A stretch of DNA of 62,172 nt, filler included, from Choristocarpus tenellus KU-1152 (taxonomy: Eukaryota > Protista > Phaeophyceae): NCBI GenBank assembly GCA_964200185.2. It is 15 parts of 15 records of this genome, joined end to end, with 100 filler letters (N's around TTAATTAATTAA, not from the genome) between each part and the next. Parts side by side here need not be neighbours in the genome. Positions count along the whole stretch, not along the records: positions 45,057 to 52,548 come from CAXNAD020006073.1; positions 52,649 to 56,210 come from CAXNAD020019243.1; positions 56,311 to 58,905 come from CAXNAD020026433.1; positions 59,006 to 62,172 come from CAXNAD020021821.1; 11 more parts are not named here. One strand, 5' to 3'. Made by a program: the position numbers and the translations under genes. The notes beneath the pieces were generated by a model. The model was not told where the DNA came from, made no database searches, and was given only the letters and a program-made list of their open reading frames with translations. This document shows, piece by piece, positions 52,273 to 62,172 of the stretch. Position 1 is the stretch's first letter. Every line of letters starts with the position of its first letter.

Positions 52273-54922
52273 TAGATGCTAATGTTTGATATAAGAGGGG
52301 GATCACTTGTGTAAAAGTCACAAGTATCGAACAACAATAGTGAGAGCTTTGATTGAAGTCCTGCGCATGTATATAACAGACTATATTAGTTTGCACTTTG
52401 TGTGGTGAACATCAACTCCTACCCATATGTTGCCAGGGGGTAAAAGGAGATATGCTCACTATAGATAGAACCTGACTTCGGCATAGATAAAACATTAGTA
52501 AGCCTGTGTAAGATATTGCTGCTACATTGGGTCAAAGTATCTGGGGGGNNNNNNNNNNNNNNNNNNNNNNNNNNNNNNNNNNNNNNNNNNNNTTAATTAA
52601 TTAANNNNNNNNNNNNNNNNNNNNNNNNNNNNNNNNNNNNNNNNNNNNTTTCATTGTGCTACTTTAGATTCACCTGAGAGTACTACTGTTCTGTTCTGCT
52701 GACGTGCGTTAATCTGTGAATTGGATTTGACTTGTACATCCTGGAAAGGTGAGCATTGAGGGGCGCCTGTAACAAAACTTCGGGAAAATTGATTCACAAA
52801 AATCCTGCACCAGTTAGACAAAAGAAAATTCCCGAAATTATGTCAGACTTTCTGAGAAATGTAAGTACCATTTGATCTGGTGTTATACTGGCATTACCTC
52901 CTCCTGGATGTGGTATATATGCTTCCCACATCAGCATATCTCTTGGAAATTGTACTAAGGATAAGTCAAATGCAGGAGTATATAGGATATGCAATGTATA
53001 ATGCGTGGAGCACGAGATCCGGCTGTTGGTAATGTTCGTTGAGAACATGGATTTCCTGAGCAAGCACACATGTACTACAGCTGTTATATTGGAACCACCT
53101 GAGAATAGTGAAAGACAACACTGTTTCTCCTTTCCATACAGTACGATGCACTATGGAACTGAGGAAGTCGTTCTCACTGAATCCACAGATGAGGTCTCAG
53201 TATGTCTTATATTTCCTCCATGGAAAGACAGCATGTAGGAGGAGGAAAACAACCGTAAGCAATTGTTAGAGACTTTAGGATCATCGACTGTATCATATGG
53301 CTAGGTAGGGCTTCAAAATCGACCACGGAGGGAAGGAAATGTCAGTGCCCAGTAAATATAGTAGAACTTGTCAAGGAGCCTCCTACCCTACAGTGGCAAA
53401 AAAATTCAAAGTCCAGATTGAACGAAACTTTTGAAGCGCAAGATAAAGAAGGAGTTCAGAAGTGTGAGTGGGACGCTGACCCAGTGCTTACTTATTTCCA
53501 CGAACAACCATCTTCCTCCCTAGGAGTCTACTCAGCACAACTCCTCCACTACTCTTTTCTGGCTTGGCTACCTAGGGAGCAATAAAATGCCTCTTGCTGT
53601 GGGCTTCTTCACAATAGGAGTCCTTATGGGAGCGAGGTTGATGTGAAGAAAATGTGGTCATGACTATGTACTTTGTAGTATGATCAAATTAGATCCATCT
53701 TCCAAACAAAAGGTTTGCCTTAGACCAACGCCTACCTACTTGAAATGTGCAACCTTTTATGGAAGGACGGTTTTAGTCACTAACAAAGGGAGGCCATTAG
53801 AGGGTATGAATTGGACATTACACCCAACCTATTTTCCTATCCCACATACAAACCATAGATTCACCATGCACTTCATGAGAGTGCGGAACATCGCTCTGGG
53901 ATGCTCTCACTCATTGTCTATCATATTTTTACCTATTACCGTTATAAAATATGTGCTGAGAACTTGGAATGGAGGTCTACATCACCAATCCAAACAACGT
54001 TCGGGGGCACTGTTCAGCAGGCCTCACAACAGCCTTGGAACTCCCTACACCCTTACCCTACTTCCTCCCTGTGCACCCACTGCAACGTGCAGGTGATAGC
54101 TGGGAAATGGCAGTCATCTAGGGCTGCAAGAAGGGAAGGAAGAGCATCTCTTCAGCAGTGATGCGGTCTTCTGGACTGGCCACAAGCGTCTGCAAAAATA
54201 ATTTATCGGTAAGGTGTAGAAGGGTGAAAAAGAGAGGAATTTTCACTACTGGTGGGAGTGAATGGAAAGATCAGACACTAGTGAGGAAGCCATTGAGATA
54301 CAGATGTAATGTTGTAAAGGGGAAGTGATGATTGTAGCCCACAGGAAGGCGTCATCCATCAATGGAAGTAGACAAAAGAACTACATACCCTGAGGAAGAG
54401 ATACTTCACAGTACCGTATCCACCCTGGGATGAAACAACTGGAGGGATACGCATGGGCACATACATGCAATGCAAGGAATGGTTGACTCTCTCTATCAGC
54501 ATCTACATGTCATGAAACTGAAGCCAATTGCTTACCAGGAACCCCTGCCCCTTAAACAACTCATATGGCACAGTTTGATTTGTCCTTTGTGTAGAGGTCT
54601 TGACATTCATACGACCAACATCATCACCTTGTGGATCAACAGAGTAAGGTCATATGACATACTGTCCGGAAGGACATAGAGCCCCGCCTGAACATGGAAG
54701 AGGTGCAGTAGCTCTCTCTGCAAAAGGATGGAACAGTGAATGTGTCAGTCTCAATCACCAACACAGCTTGATTGGGGTATCATTGCATAAGAGCATTCTA
54801 CGTCGACAAGGTGATGGACTGTTGGCTTGAAAGTCTACTGGGAAATACAGTTAGCTGGTCTGGTGATCCCCATGCCTTACTTGGTGTAGCAGTATTCAGG
54901 TGATTCACTAGAATTGGATAGG

Positions 54923-55099
54923 GGGTCAAAGTAACCAGAGGGGGCGATGTCGGCGTCCGTTTTTCACCCTTTTTTCGATTTTCACTTTTTTGGTGTGATT
55001 TGATCGCAAGTGTCGGATTTGAAATGTCCGCAATAAAAAGAGTTGACGAAACGGACGCCCCCTCACAAACCATCCCCCCCCCCCTAGATACTTTGACCC
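54923..55099 (+). mobile_element. Complete MITE family B copy
   Basis: GGGTCAAAGTAACCAGAGGGGG ... CCCCCTAGATACTTTGACCC; TAGG on both flanks. Confidence 0.85.
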
Positions 55100-56322
55100 T
55101 AGGGTTCAGGGAAATTACCAAACAAAATCTTACTACCTCTGCGAGTATGTTACAAGGACTCCACCACATCGCCGTGTCAGTCCTGACACAAATCACATGC
55201 TATGCAGATGAGGAAGTCATTCTGGCATGCTAATACGTGTTACTTCAAACTACAAAATGTGTTTCAGAGGAATATTTTTACACAGTACAAAGCGTAGTAC
55301 AGCCATCTGTGTTCATGCCAGAGAATCTTCTACGTACTATATGGTACATGGCAGCGGGGTGGGGAACATATATCATTCATTGACAAGGGCAATGGGAAAT
55401 AGCAATAGCACTATTCTATTTTATAATGATCTCGAAACCCCTTAGTAAAGCCTGCCTGCAGAACTGACTGATTTCCCTGGACCCAGATTTTAGCTTTTGT
55501 GTCATCCATTCTATCATATGGCGACAGCAATTGAAAGCTCACCCCGTCCGGATCTCGATTGTAATGCATCCAGCATGCAGGGGATTGCCACAAGTCTACC
55601 AAGGTGCACGCTCAGCAACAACCAAGTGGGCGTTGGGTGGCATCTGTGCCCACCACATGTACTTGCATCTAATTACTACTGGTTGCATCTAAATACTCGA
55701 CGTAGTGCATATCAACTTGAGCTAAGAAGAAATAGTGTAGCTTGCACCAGAGCTGAAGGGACAGGAGAATGCACTTCAGTTTCATGTGTTAATGGTTCAA
55801 TTCTGGGACTTGTCAACCGGCTGATGGGTTGGCCAGTACAAAGAAAATGCTCCTTCTCCTTGCTATAACCTAACTCAGACTGATGTGGGTCAACTCAATG
55901 GAAGGGACTATCCTCCAAGAGTAGAACCTTCATCATATCACCCACACCAAAACCAACGGCTGCTCTCTCTCTAGTGTACTGCTGTTCCTAATATGAATAC
56001 AACTGTGGATGGATCAAAAGAACCGACACAGGTTTCAAAAGAGCAATGATTTGCACTATTGCATTGTCAAGAAGAATTTTGTGGGGTGTGTGACACGCTT
56101 GCACCCAAACACATGATATGCATCGATAAACAGCAAAAGCAATGGCCTCATTAGTCACAGAAAGGAAACTGTATCCACCACGACACTTCAAGGCAACTCT
56201 TACCTCAGCANNNNNNNNNNNNNNNNNNNNNNNNNNNNNNNNNNNNNNNNNNNNTTAATTAATTAANNNNNNNNNNNNNNNNNNNNNNNNNNNNNNNNNN
56301 NNNNNNNNNNCCCCCCCCCCCC

Positions 56323-56355
<33 letters not shown>

Positions 56356-56369
56356 TATCTCTATCTGTC

Positions 56370-56403
<34 letters not shown>

Positions 56404-56454
56404 TGTGCGCTTTATTGGTTCTTAATGCAGGTACAAATTCACTTGGGTTTTGTG

Positions 56455-56592
56455 TTAGGGTTAGCGTAAGGGTCAGTGTTAGGGTTAGGGTTAGCGTAAG
56501 GGTTAGGGTTTGGGTTAGGGTTAGCGTAAGGGTCAGTGTTAGGGTTAGGGTTAGCGTAAGGGTCAGTGTTAGGGTTAGGGTTAGGGTTAGGG
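56455..56592 (+). repeat. Variant telomeric array of 23 hexamers with higher-order structure
   Basis: TTAGGG interleaved with TTAGCG-TAAGGG-TCAGTG blocks. Confidence 0.95.
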
Positions 56593-56904
56593 TTTACAAG
56601 AGTTGCAAGCAGTACCTGTTTCTTCATGTGCTTGTTCTGTTTTCACTGTTTCTGTTTTCATCCAATAGAATAGCCCGCACGTTCAAGCTCAGCCAATAGG
56701 ATACACTCATTCATCTGATCAAAACAAATAATGCCTTCCACGTTGATGGAAATCTGGGCATGTAGTGATTTAATGTTATTTTTGTCCAATACTGACTACT
56801 ATGTACATACTATGTACCTGTAGTGCAGTGTATGTGTATATGCATCCTAAATGCAAGAAACCCTAACCCCAGTCCCTGGTAAATATGAAGAAATGTCTAT
56901 GTAT

Positions 56905-57268
56905 ATGTATGTATGTATGTATGCGTAGGGCTGATGAAGGAGTTATTATTAAATATAAAAAAATTCTATTTGTATGTGTGTATACGTATTATTTATATAT
57001 GCATAGGGCAGATGAAGGAGTTATTAAATATAAGAAATATATTTGTATGTAGATATGTATGTGTATATATGCCTAGGGCAGATGAAGGAGTTGTAGAATA
57101 AAAAGTATATATTTGTATGTATAAAAAAATTGTATGTGTGTATATGTGTATGTATGTATGCATATAGGGCAGATGAAGGATTTATTATTAAATATAAAAA
57201 ATGTCTATTTGTTTGTGTGTATACGTATTATTTTATATGTGCATAGGGCAGGTGAAGGAGTTAAATTA
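56905..57268. repeat. Minisatellite with five GCATAGGGCAGATGAAGGAGTTA cores in AT-rich spacers
   Basis: Cores near 56923, 57001, 57071, 57160 and 57241. Confidence 0.8.
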
Positions 57269-57324
57269 GTTATGATGTGTGCTACAAACAGGATCTTAAA
57301 ATATGAAAGTGATCAAAGCCATTA

Positions 57325-57636
57325 GAGTCAAAGTGTCTTAGGGTTAGGGTAGAGCCGCATCCATTTGGGGGTCAAAATCTAATGTTCCGATTTTGATGTA
57401 ACTTTGACTATCGTGTTTGCTAGGAAGTGTCAATATCCTTGTTTCAGAAACACCTTTCCATATATATATATATATATAAATATATATATATATATTTATT
57501 TTATTTTTTCATCAATATCCTTTTCATGACGTACACATTTTACCTACTCACAAAACGTTCTGAATAAATATAGTAGGAAAGTATTAAAAAAAAAAAACAT
57601 GGGATGCAAGCCCTCTCTTAATAAGATACTTTCTCT
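57325..57636 (+). mobile_element. Degenerate MITE family A with TTAGGG and (TA)n insertions
   Basis: GAGTCAAAGTGTCTTAGGGTTAGGGTAGAGCCGCATCCATTTGGGG... Confidence 0.85.
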
Positions 57637-57920
57637 GGCAGTATTCATTTTTGTGTTTTTATCTCTTTTTTTTGCACTTGTCAGAATCGACAAACTAATA
57701 AATTATTACCTCCATTTTTATTCATTTTTTTCTTTACTGATGATATTTTTCTTTTCTTTTTCTGAGTATGTATGTTGGTACTACTACCCTTTTGTTTGTT
57801 TGGCTGTAGGTGATACGCTTGCATGCTGTGTTGATGTTGATGTTTATTTATGTTGATGTTTATATTTATTTATATGCATGTATTTGGTTGGTTGGTTTGG
57901 TATGTCCTGTTTCATGTTAG

Positions 57921-58019
57921 TGGCGGCGATCCCCTGGATGTGAAGAGCTTGACGGCCTGAGCCTCTGCCTTCCCCTGTCGGAGGCGCTGGAGAGGGCTGT
58001 GAAGAAGACTGTGGTGAAG
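57921..58019 (+). CDS. Isolated 99-nt exon, unidentified protein
   Basis: GC-rich island with TTAG| and |GTATAC boundaries; one open frame, WRRSPGCEELDGLSLCLPLSEALERAVKKTVVK. Confidence 0.55.
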
Positions 58020-58710
58020 GTATACCTTCACCCTTGCACAGGAGATAACCGACCTCAAAGGTGTGTGTTATATGTATTTTTCAGTGTTCTCTGTGTTCTC
58101 TGTGCTATTTGTGTTTATCTGTGTTTTATATATTTTTCTGTGTTATCTGTGTTCTCTGTGCTATCTGTGTTTATCTGTGTTATCTTTGTTTATATGTATT
58201 TTTCTGTGTTCTCTGTGTTATCTTTGTTGCCTGTGTTTTGTGATGTGTTATCTTTGATGTGAGGTGGTCATAGTTTATGTCAAAAAAAATTTATCAGAGA
58301 GTGTTCTCAAACTGCGTGAATGTGTGTAAATGTTTTTCCCACAAATGTTTTTTATTTTATACAAATGTTTTTCATTTTATTGACCTCCATTTCTTTATTA
58401 TTGAGCGTTTTTTCAATCTTTTGTATTTATTTTAAAATCAGGGTTAGGGTTAGGGCTGCAGTTCTTTTTTTAATTTCTGACTTGAAGGATTTATAAGAAT
58501 AGAATAGGTTAGTGAAGGTTTTATGCTCCTTAGTATGTTTTTGATGGAATAATAACTGTGATCGGGTTTATATTATTTTTATTTTTTTGTGGAAATCGAC
58601 TACGGCATGTAGTTAATGAAAGTTAATGAAAGTGGTCTGGACGAAAGGGTATGTGTTTGATGCTTTGATGCGGAGGGGAACATGACCAGGAAATTTCCCG
58701 GAATGTTCCA

Positions 58711-58905
58711 GGGCCAAAGTATCTGGGGGTGGGGGTGTCGGTGTCCGTTTTTCACCCTTTTTTTTATTTTCACTTTTTTGGTGTGATTTGGTTGCACGTG
58801 TCGGATTTGAAATGTCAGCAAAAAAAAGAGTTGTTTGACCAAAACGGACGCCGCCCTGAAACCTCACCCCCCCTCTCCCAACACCTCCACCCTTCACCCC
58901 CTGTC
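58711..58905 (+). mobile_element. MITE family B, cut at the contig end
   Basis: GGGCCAAAGTATCTGGGGG; interior matches 54923-55099. Confidence 0.85.
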
Positions 58906-59082
58906 NNNNNNNNNNNNNNNNNNNNNNNNNNNNNNNNNNNNNNNNNNNNTTAATTAATTAANNNNNNNNNNNNNNNNNNNNNNNNNNNNNNNNNNNNNNN
59001 NNNNNTTTAACTCTTCCCCTCAAACATTATCGTATCATGCTCCAAGATACACCTGTGACCCCAATTATTATTATTTTTTTTT

Positions 59083-59283
59083 GGGGGGTCTATACTAGAG
59101 TGTCAATTTGAACCAAAACCAGGAAAAGTGCACTTACATTATCCATCCAACGTATGCAACCAAATCACACAAAAATCGCGACATGAAAAAATTGGCCCCA
59201 AATGGACAGCTGCCACACACCCTCCATACGTATTTAGCCAGGGTCAAAAACGGACGCCGGCACCCCCCCAGATACTTTGACCC
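59083..59283 (+). mobile_element. MITE family B
   Basis: Ends CCCCCCCAGATACTTTGACCC; matches 16009-16143. Confidence 0.75.
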
Positions 59284-59645
59284 CTGTTGAATACGTGGGA
59301 TAGAGACTTTATATTGCCGTTGACTGAAGTAGAGTCTGCTCTTCTTTTTGTTGTGTTGGTTGCTGTCATTACGTGCCCAGGGGAAACTATAACTTCGAAG
59401 GCGATGAGCTCTTGCAAGCGTTTTGGTTTAGTGTACAGTTTTCTTTTTTACCCCCCCCCCCCTTTTTTTTTTCTTGTAGGTAGACCGTGTCTTGAAAGTA
59501 TTCAACGACCTTTGAAGGCTTTTTCGGTTGTGTCCTGATGCTCTGCCGTAGTAGTGGCCATTAGTCATGCACGAACAACGAGTGGTGATTTGATGTGATT
59601 TGACTTGATGTGATTTGACTTGACTTGACTTGACTTGACTTGCAG

Positions 59646-59756
59646 GTGGTGAAGGCGGCTGCAGATGAGACTCCGTTGACACTGGCTACTATGAGAGACT
59701 ACCTCGAGGGTGTGGTGCAAGAGGAGGGGAACCTCAGTGCTGAAGATGCTGCCAAG
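59646..59756 (+). CDS. VPS11: Exon of a VPS11-like HOPS/CORVET subunit
   Basis: Phase 0-0 exon VVKAAADETPLTLATMRDYLEGVVQEEGNLSAEDAAK resembles the pre-RING segment of VPS11 (VVQTLA...TLSVIRDYL...IAQDE). Recognised by eye from 37 aa. Confidence 0.6.
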
Positions 59757-60329
59757 GTGTGAGAAACTCAATGATAGAGCCAGCCATGATTTACCAAAAC
59801 CTGAATGGAGCATCTTTGTGAGTGGGTTTGATTGGTCTACTGGAGGGTGGTGGTCAAGCTCGTGATCTGCATAAGGGCAACGATGCTAGCCTTAAGGGCT
59901 GCGGAAATATATATCTTTTTTTTTGGGGGGGGAGGGGTCTCTTTGTAGGAGCTTGTGATGGACCTGTCCTTGAATAGTGATGGAGACCAACCATCCTGCA
60001 GGGGGATTGTAGCAGAGTGTTTCTTGTTGTTTGGCTTAATCGACTTCGCTACAGTTACAGTTACAGTTACAGTTACAGTTTTTGTGGAGATTGCATATAA
60101 TCAACTATGGGTTTGAAACATCAGTGGAGAGTCACATCTCGGGGTGCATACAAATAATGAGGCGTTTGTTTGTTTTTTCAAGCATGCGTCTTACTGTTTG
60201 CCCTGTGGCTGATTCTTGTGAGACTTGTAAGGGAGGGCCTAGAGATTGGAGTGTAGATGTAGAGTAAGGCCTCAAGGGGTCTGTGATTAAGGGAGGCAAG
60301 GAGGGTTGGTTAGGGTTAGGGGTGATGGT

Positions 60330-61800
60330 GCTGGGTTTGTTTTGTTGTTGTTGTGGTGGTGGGTTGATTTTCCCTTGGTGGTAGGCTGGAAGCACGCCTT
60401 CGCGGTTCACTAGGTGTGGCTTGTTGGTGATGTATTCCATCCAGTACTGTTGCGAATTGGCATATGATGCAACTGTGTGTTGTGTTTGTTGTGAAGTGTT
60501 TTTTGGGGGGGTATGTTCGATTGTTGGATGGGGTGACATGATGCCGCAGTGGGGATGTGGCATATCGCCGTACCATAGATGTTTGCATTGTGTTCTCTGG
60601 CGTCAGCTTGCTGGTGAATGAGTTTGAGGCATGGATGCCAGGGTGTCTCTCCTAGGTGCTGTATATAGATAGATAGGTGTCTCTCCATAGGCGACGGGTA
60701 CCCGCTTATCGGGCCTAGTGTCTTAATAGTTGCTTTTGGAGGTGGTAGTGTAAGGATCAAATGGAAACGGGCATTTGTGATGCTCACCCCAGGCGTTATC
60801 TTAATAATTGGGAAAATAACAGTGTTCAAAGGGTGTTCCAACCTCCTGGAAGGTGGATGTTCGCTTGTTTGTTGCTCATAAACTGCTCTGTTACCGGATC
60901 ATCTTGTGTCAGGTTTGGGGGTGATATCGATTGTATGCATCTGGTGACAGTTGATCTCTTAGGACAGAAGCATGACATCTGGTGTTTGATCAAGGCCTGT
61001 TTCTCACCACCTTGTTGCTCAGAAATAGTCCCATTAGAGCAAGACCAATCTCCATCTAGAATAGGCCATTGAACTCGAGGTTAGGGTTAGGGTTAGGGTT
61101 AGGGTCATCTTTTTCTTTCTTTCTTTTTTTAGGGGGGGGGGGAGAAGAAAAATATTTTGATTTCTGTCAAACGGTAACATGAACCGTTTTCTTTTTTCTC
61201 ACGAATGAAAAATTGGAATGATATACCATTTTTTCAATGCTTTGGAATGATATATTGCTAACAGCCTCATGAACAAGGCCAACAGCCTCTTGTTGGCGAT
61301 AACAAATTGTTATACCTTTTTTTCGTGTATACGGCCTTTTTTTTTTTTTTTGAAAAGTAAACAATTTTAGAGTGAACCGTGTGTGCTTGGTGTGTGTGAA
61401 AAGTGCCTATCATGGGTTAGTTGCTGCATCGAGATCTGATGGGATGAATGTCCAATGTAGTAGTGAAAGATCCTTGTTTTAAGGAGAGTACGCCACTCAG
61501 ACTGTTGGTTATGGGCATCAATGAGATTCACTGTTTGCTCTCTGTCGTAATAAATTTCTATTGTGTTTAGTTTTCCTTGTGAAGAGGTTATTATCTCAGA
61601 GTGTCATAGTGTCTAGGAGTGGGGTGCATCCAGTGTTGGATTGAATCTCCTCCTCCAGTAACAAGTTTATTTGTCGATGCCTGGTGCAACATTGGGATGT
61701 GAAAGCCCAGCTATTCTTGAGGATGTGATTTTGCCCTAGCCTGGCTGCCTGTAGGAGGTGTTAGAGACTTGATTGGCGTGTGCTGTGTGTATGGGTAGTA
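60330..61800 (-). mobile_element. Decayed LINE-like RT remnant
   Basis: Weak QGD-like (~60640) and YADD-like (VASYANS, ~60455-60475) traces in the expected order; many stops. Confidence 0.3.
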
Positions 61801-62123
61801 TAGTATAGTGGTGTATCCACTGTGGACTGTTTTGCTGTGTAAGGTGTGGGGTGATTTTTCATGCTGGTGAGTTTCAGCACACATGTCAATTCATGTTTTC
61901 AATGTAATTGGTGTATTTGACATTTAGGTACAGTAGCTTTCGTGTTCAATTGTGTGAGTGTGTTTTTTTTCTTATTTTCAGTGCGAGGACTCATTCTCAA
62001 GGCAGATTGCCACGGAGTAGATTCACAGCGGTGTAGGGCGACTACCGAGCACTACAGAGCCGCTTAAATCGGGGACGTAAATAGAGGTATATTGGATTGG
62101 AGTTTGTGGAATGGTATTCATGA

Positions 62124-62172
62124 GGGTCAAAGCATCTGGGGGGGGGGGGGGTGTTGGCGAGGTCGGAAGATC
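62124..62172 (+). mobile_element. MITE family B left end
   Basis: GGGTCAAAGCATCTGGGGGGG. Similar ends at 52529-52548, 45057-45076, 36584-36642 and 25117-25182. Confidence 0.75.

Noticed and set aside
52649-56210. Possible retroelement or coding region
   Set aside because: Too decayed for any diagnostic motif; probably an old transposon. The same applies to 14000-15550, 26400-27500 and 36640-38060.
56373-56699. ORFs rich in VRVRV or NPNPN
   Set aside because: Translations of telomeric repeats.
56905-57268. CRISPR-like repeat-spacer array
   Set aside because: Spacers are similar to one another and low-complexity, the context is eukaryotic and no cas genes are present; it is a minisatellite.
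57999-58262. Cys/Val/Leu-rich ORFs
   Set aside because: Products of a degenerate TCTGTG/TTATCT microsatellite.
1-62172. Apparent gene cluster (FtsZ, LHCF, kinase, MCMBP, VPS11)
   Set aside because: Each gene lies on a separate concatenated contig, so synteny cannot be inferred.

Overview
Eukaryotic nuclear DNA from a brown alga (Phaeophyceae): there is a typical LHCF/FCP gene and TTAGGG repeats. An early-diverging lineage such as Discosporangiales is possible, but that is inference only. The window is not one locus. It is 15 short unplaced contigs joined by 14 artificial 100-bp linkers (44 N + TTAATTAATTAA + 44 N), so neighbours across linkers carry no meaning. Spliced host-gene fragments that can be rebuilt: MCM-binding protein, FtsZ (three micro-exons absent from the ORF track), LHCF, an eIF2-alpha-kinase-like protein ending in an ACT-like domain, a large multi-EF-hand protein, a VPS11-like exon, and several unknown proteins. 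The main result is in contig 1: a pseudogenised Sola-like DDD transposase split into 8 exons by 7 phase-consistent GT-AG introns. Alongside it are at least three or four families of ~180-310-bp MITEs that all end in GRGTCAAA...TTTGACYC and show 3-5-bp target-site duplications. Other signals: short TTAGGG tracts scattered through introns (one inside a MITE terminal repeat), a higher-order variant telomeric array, CpG-decay mutations in repeats, and decayed mariner, Copia and LINE remnants.
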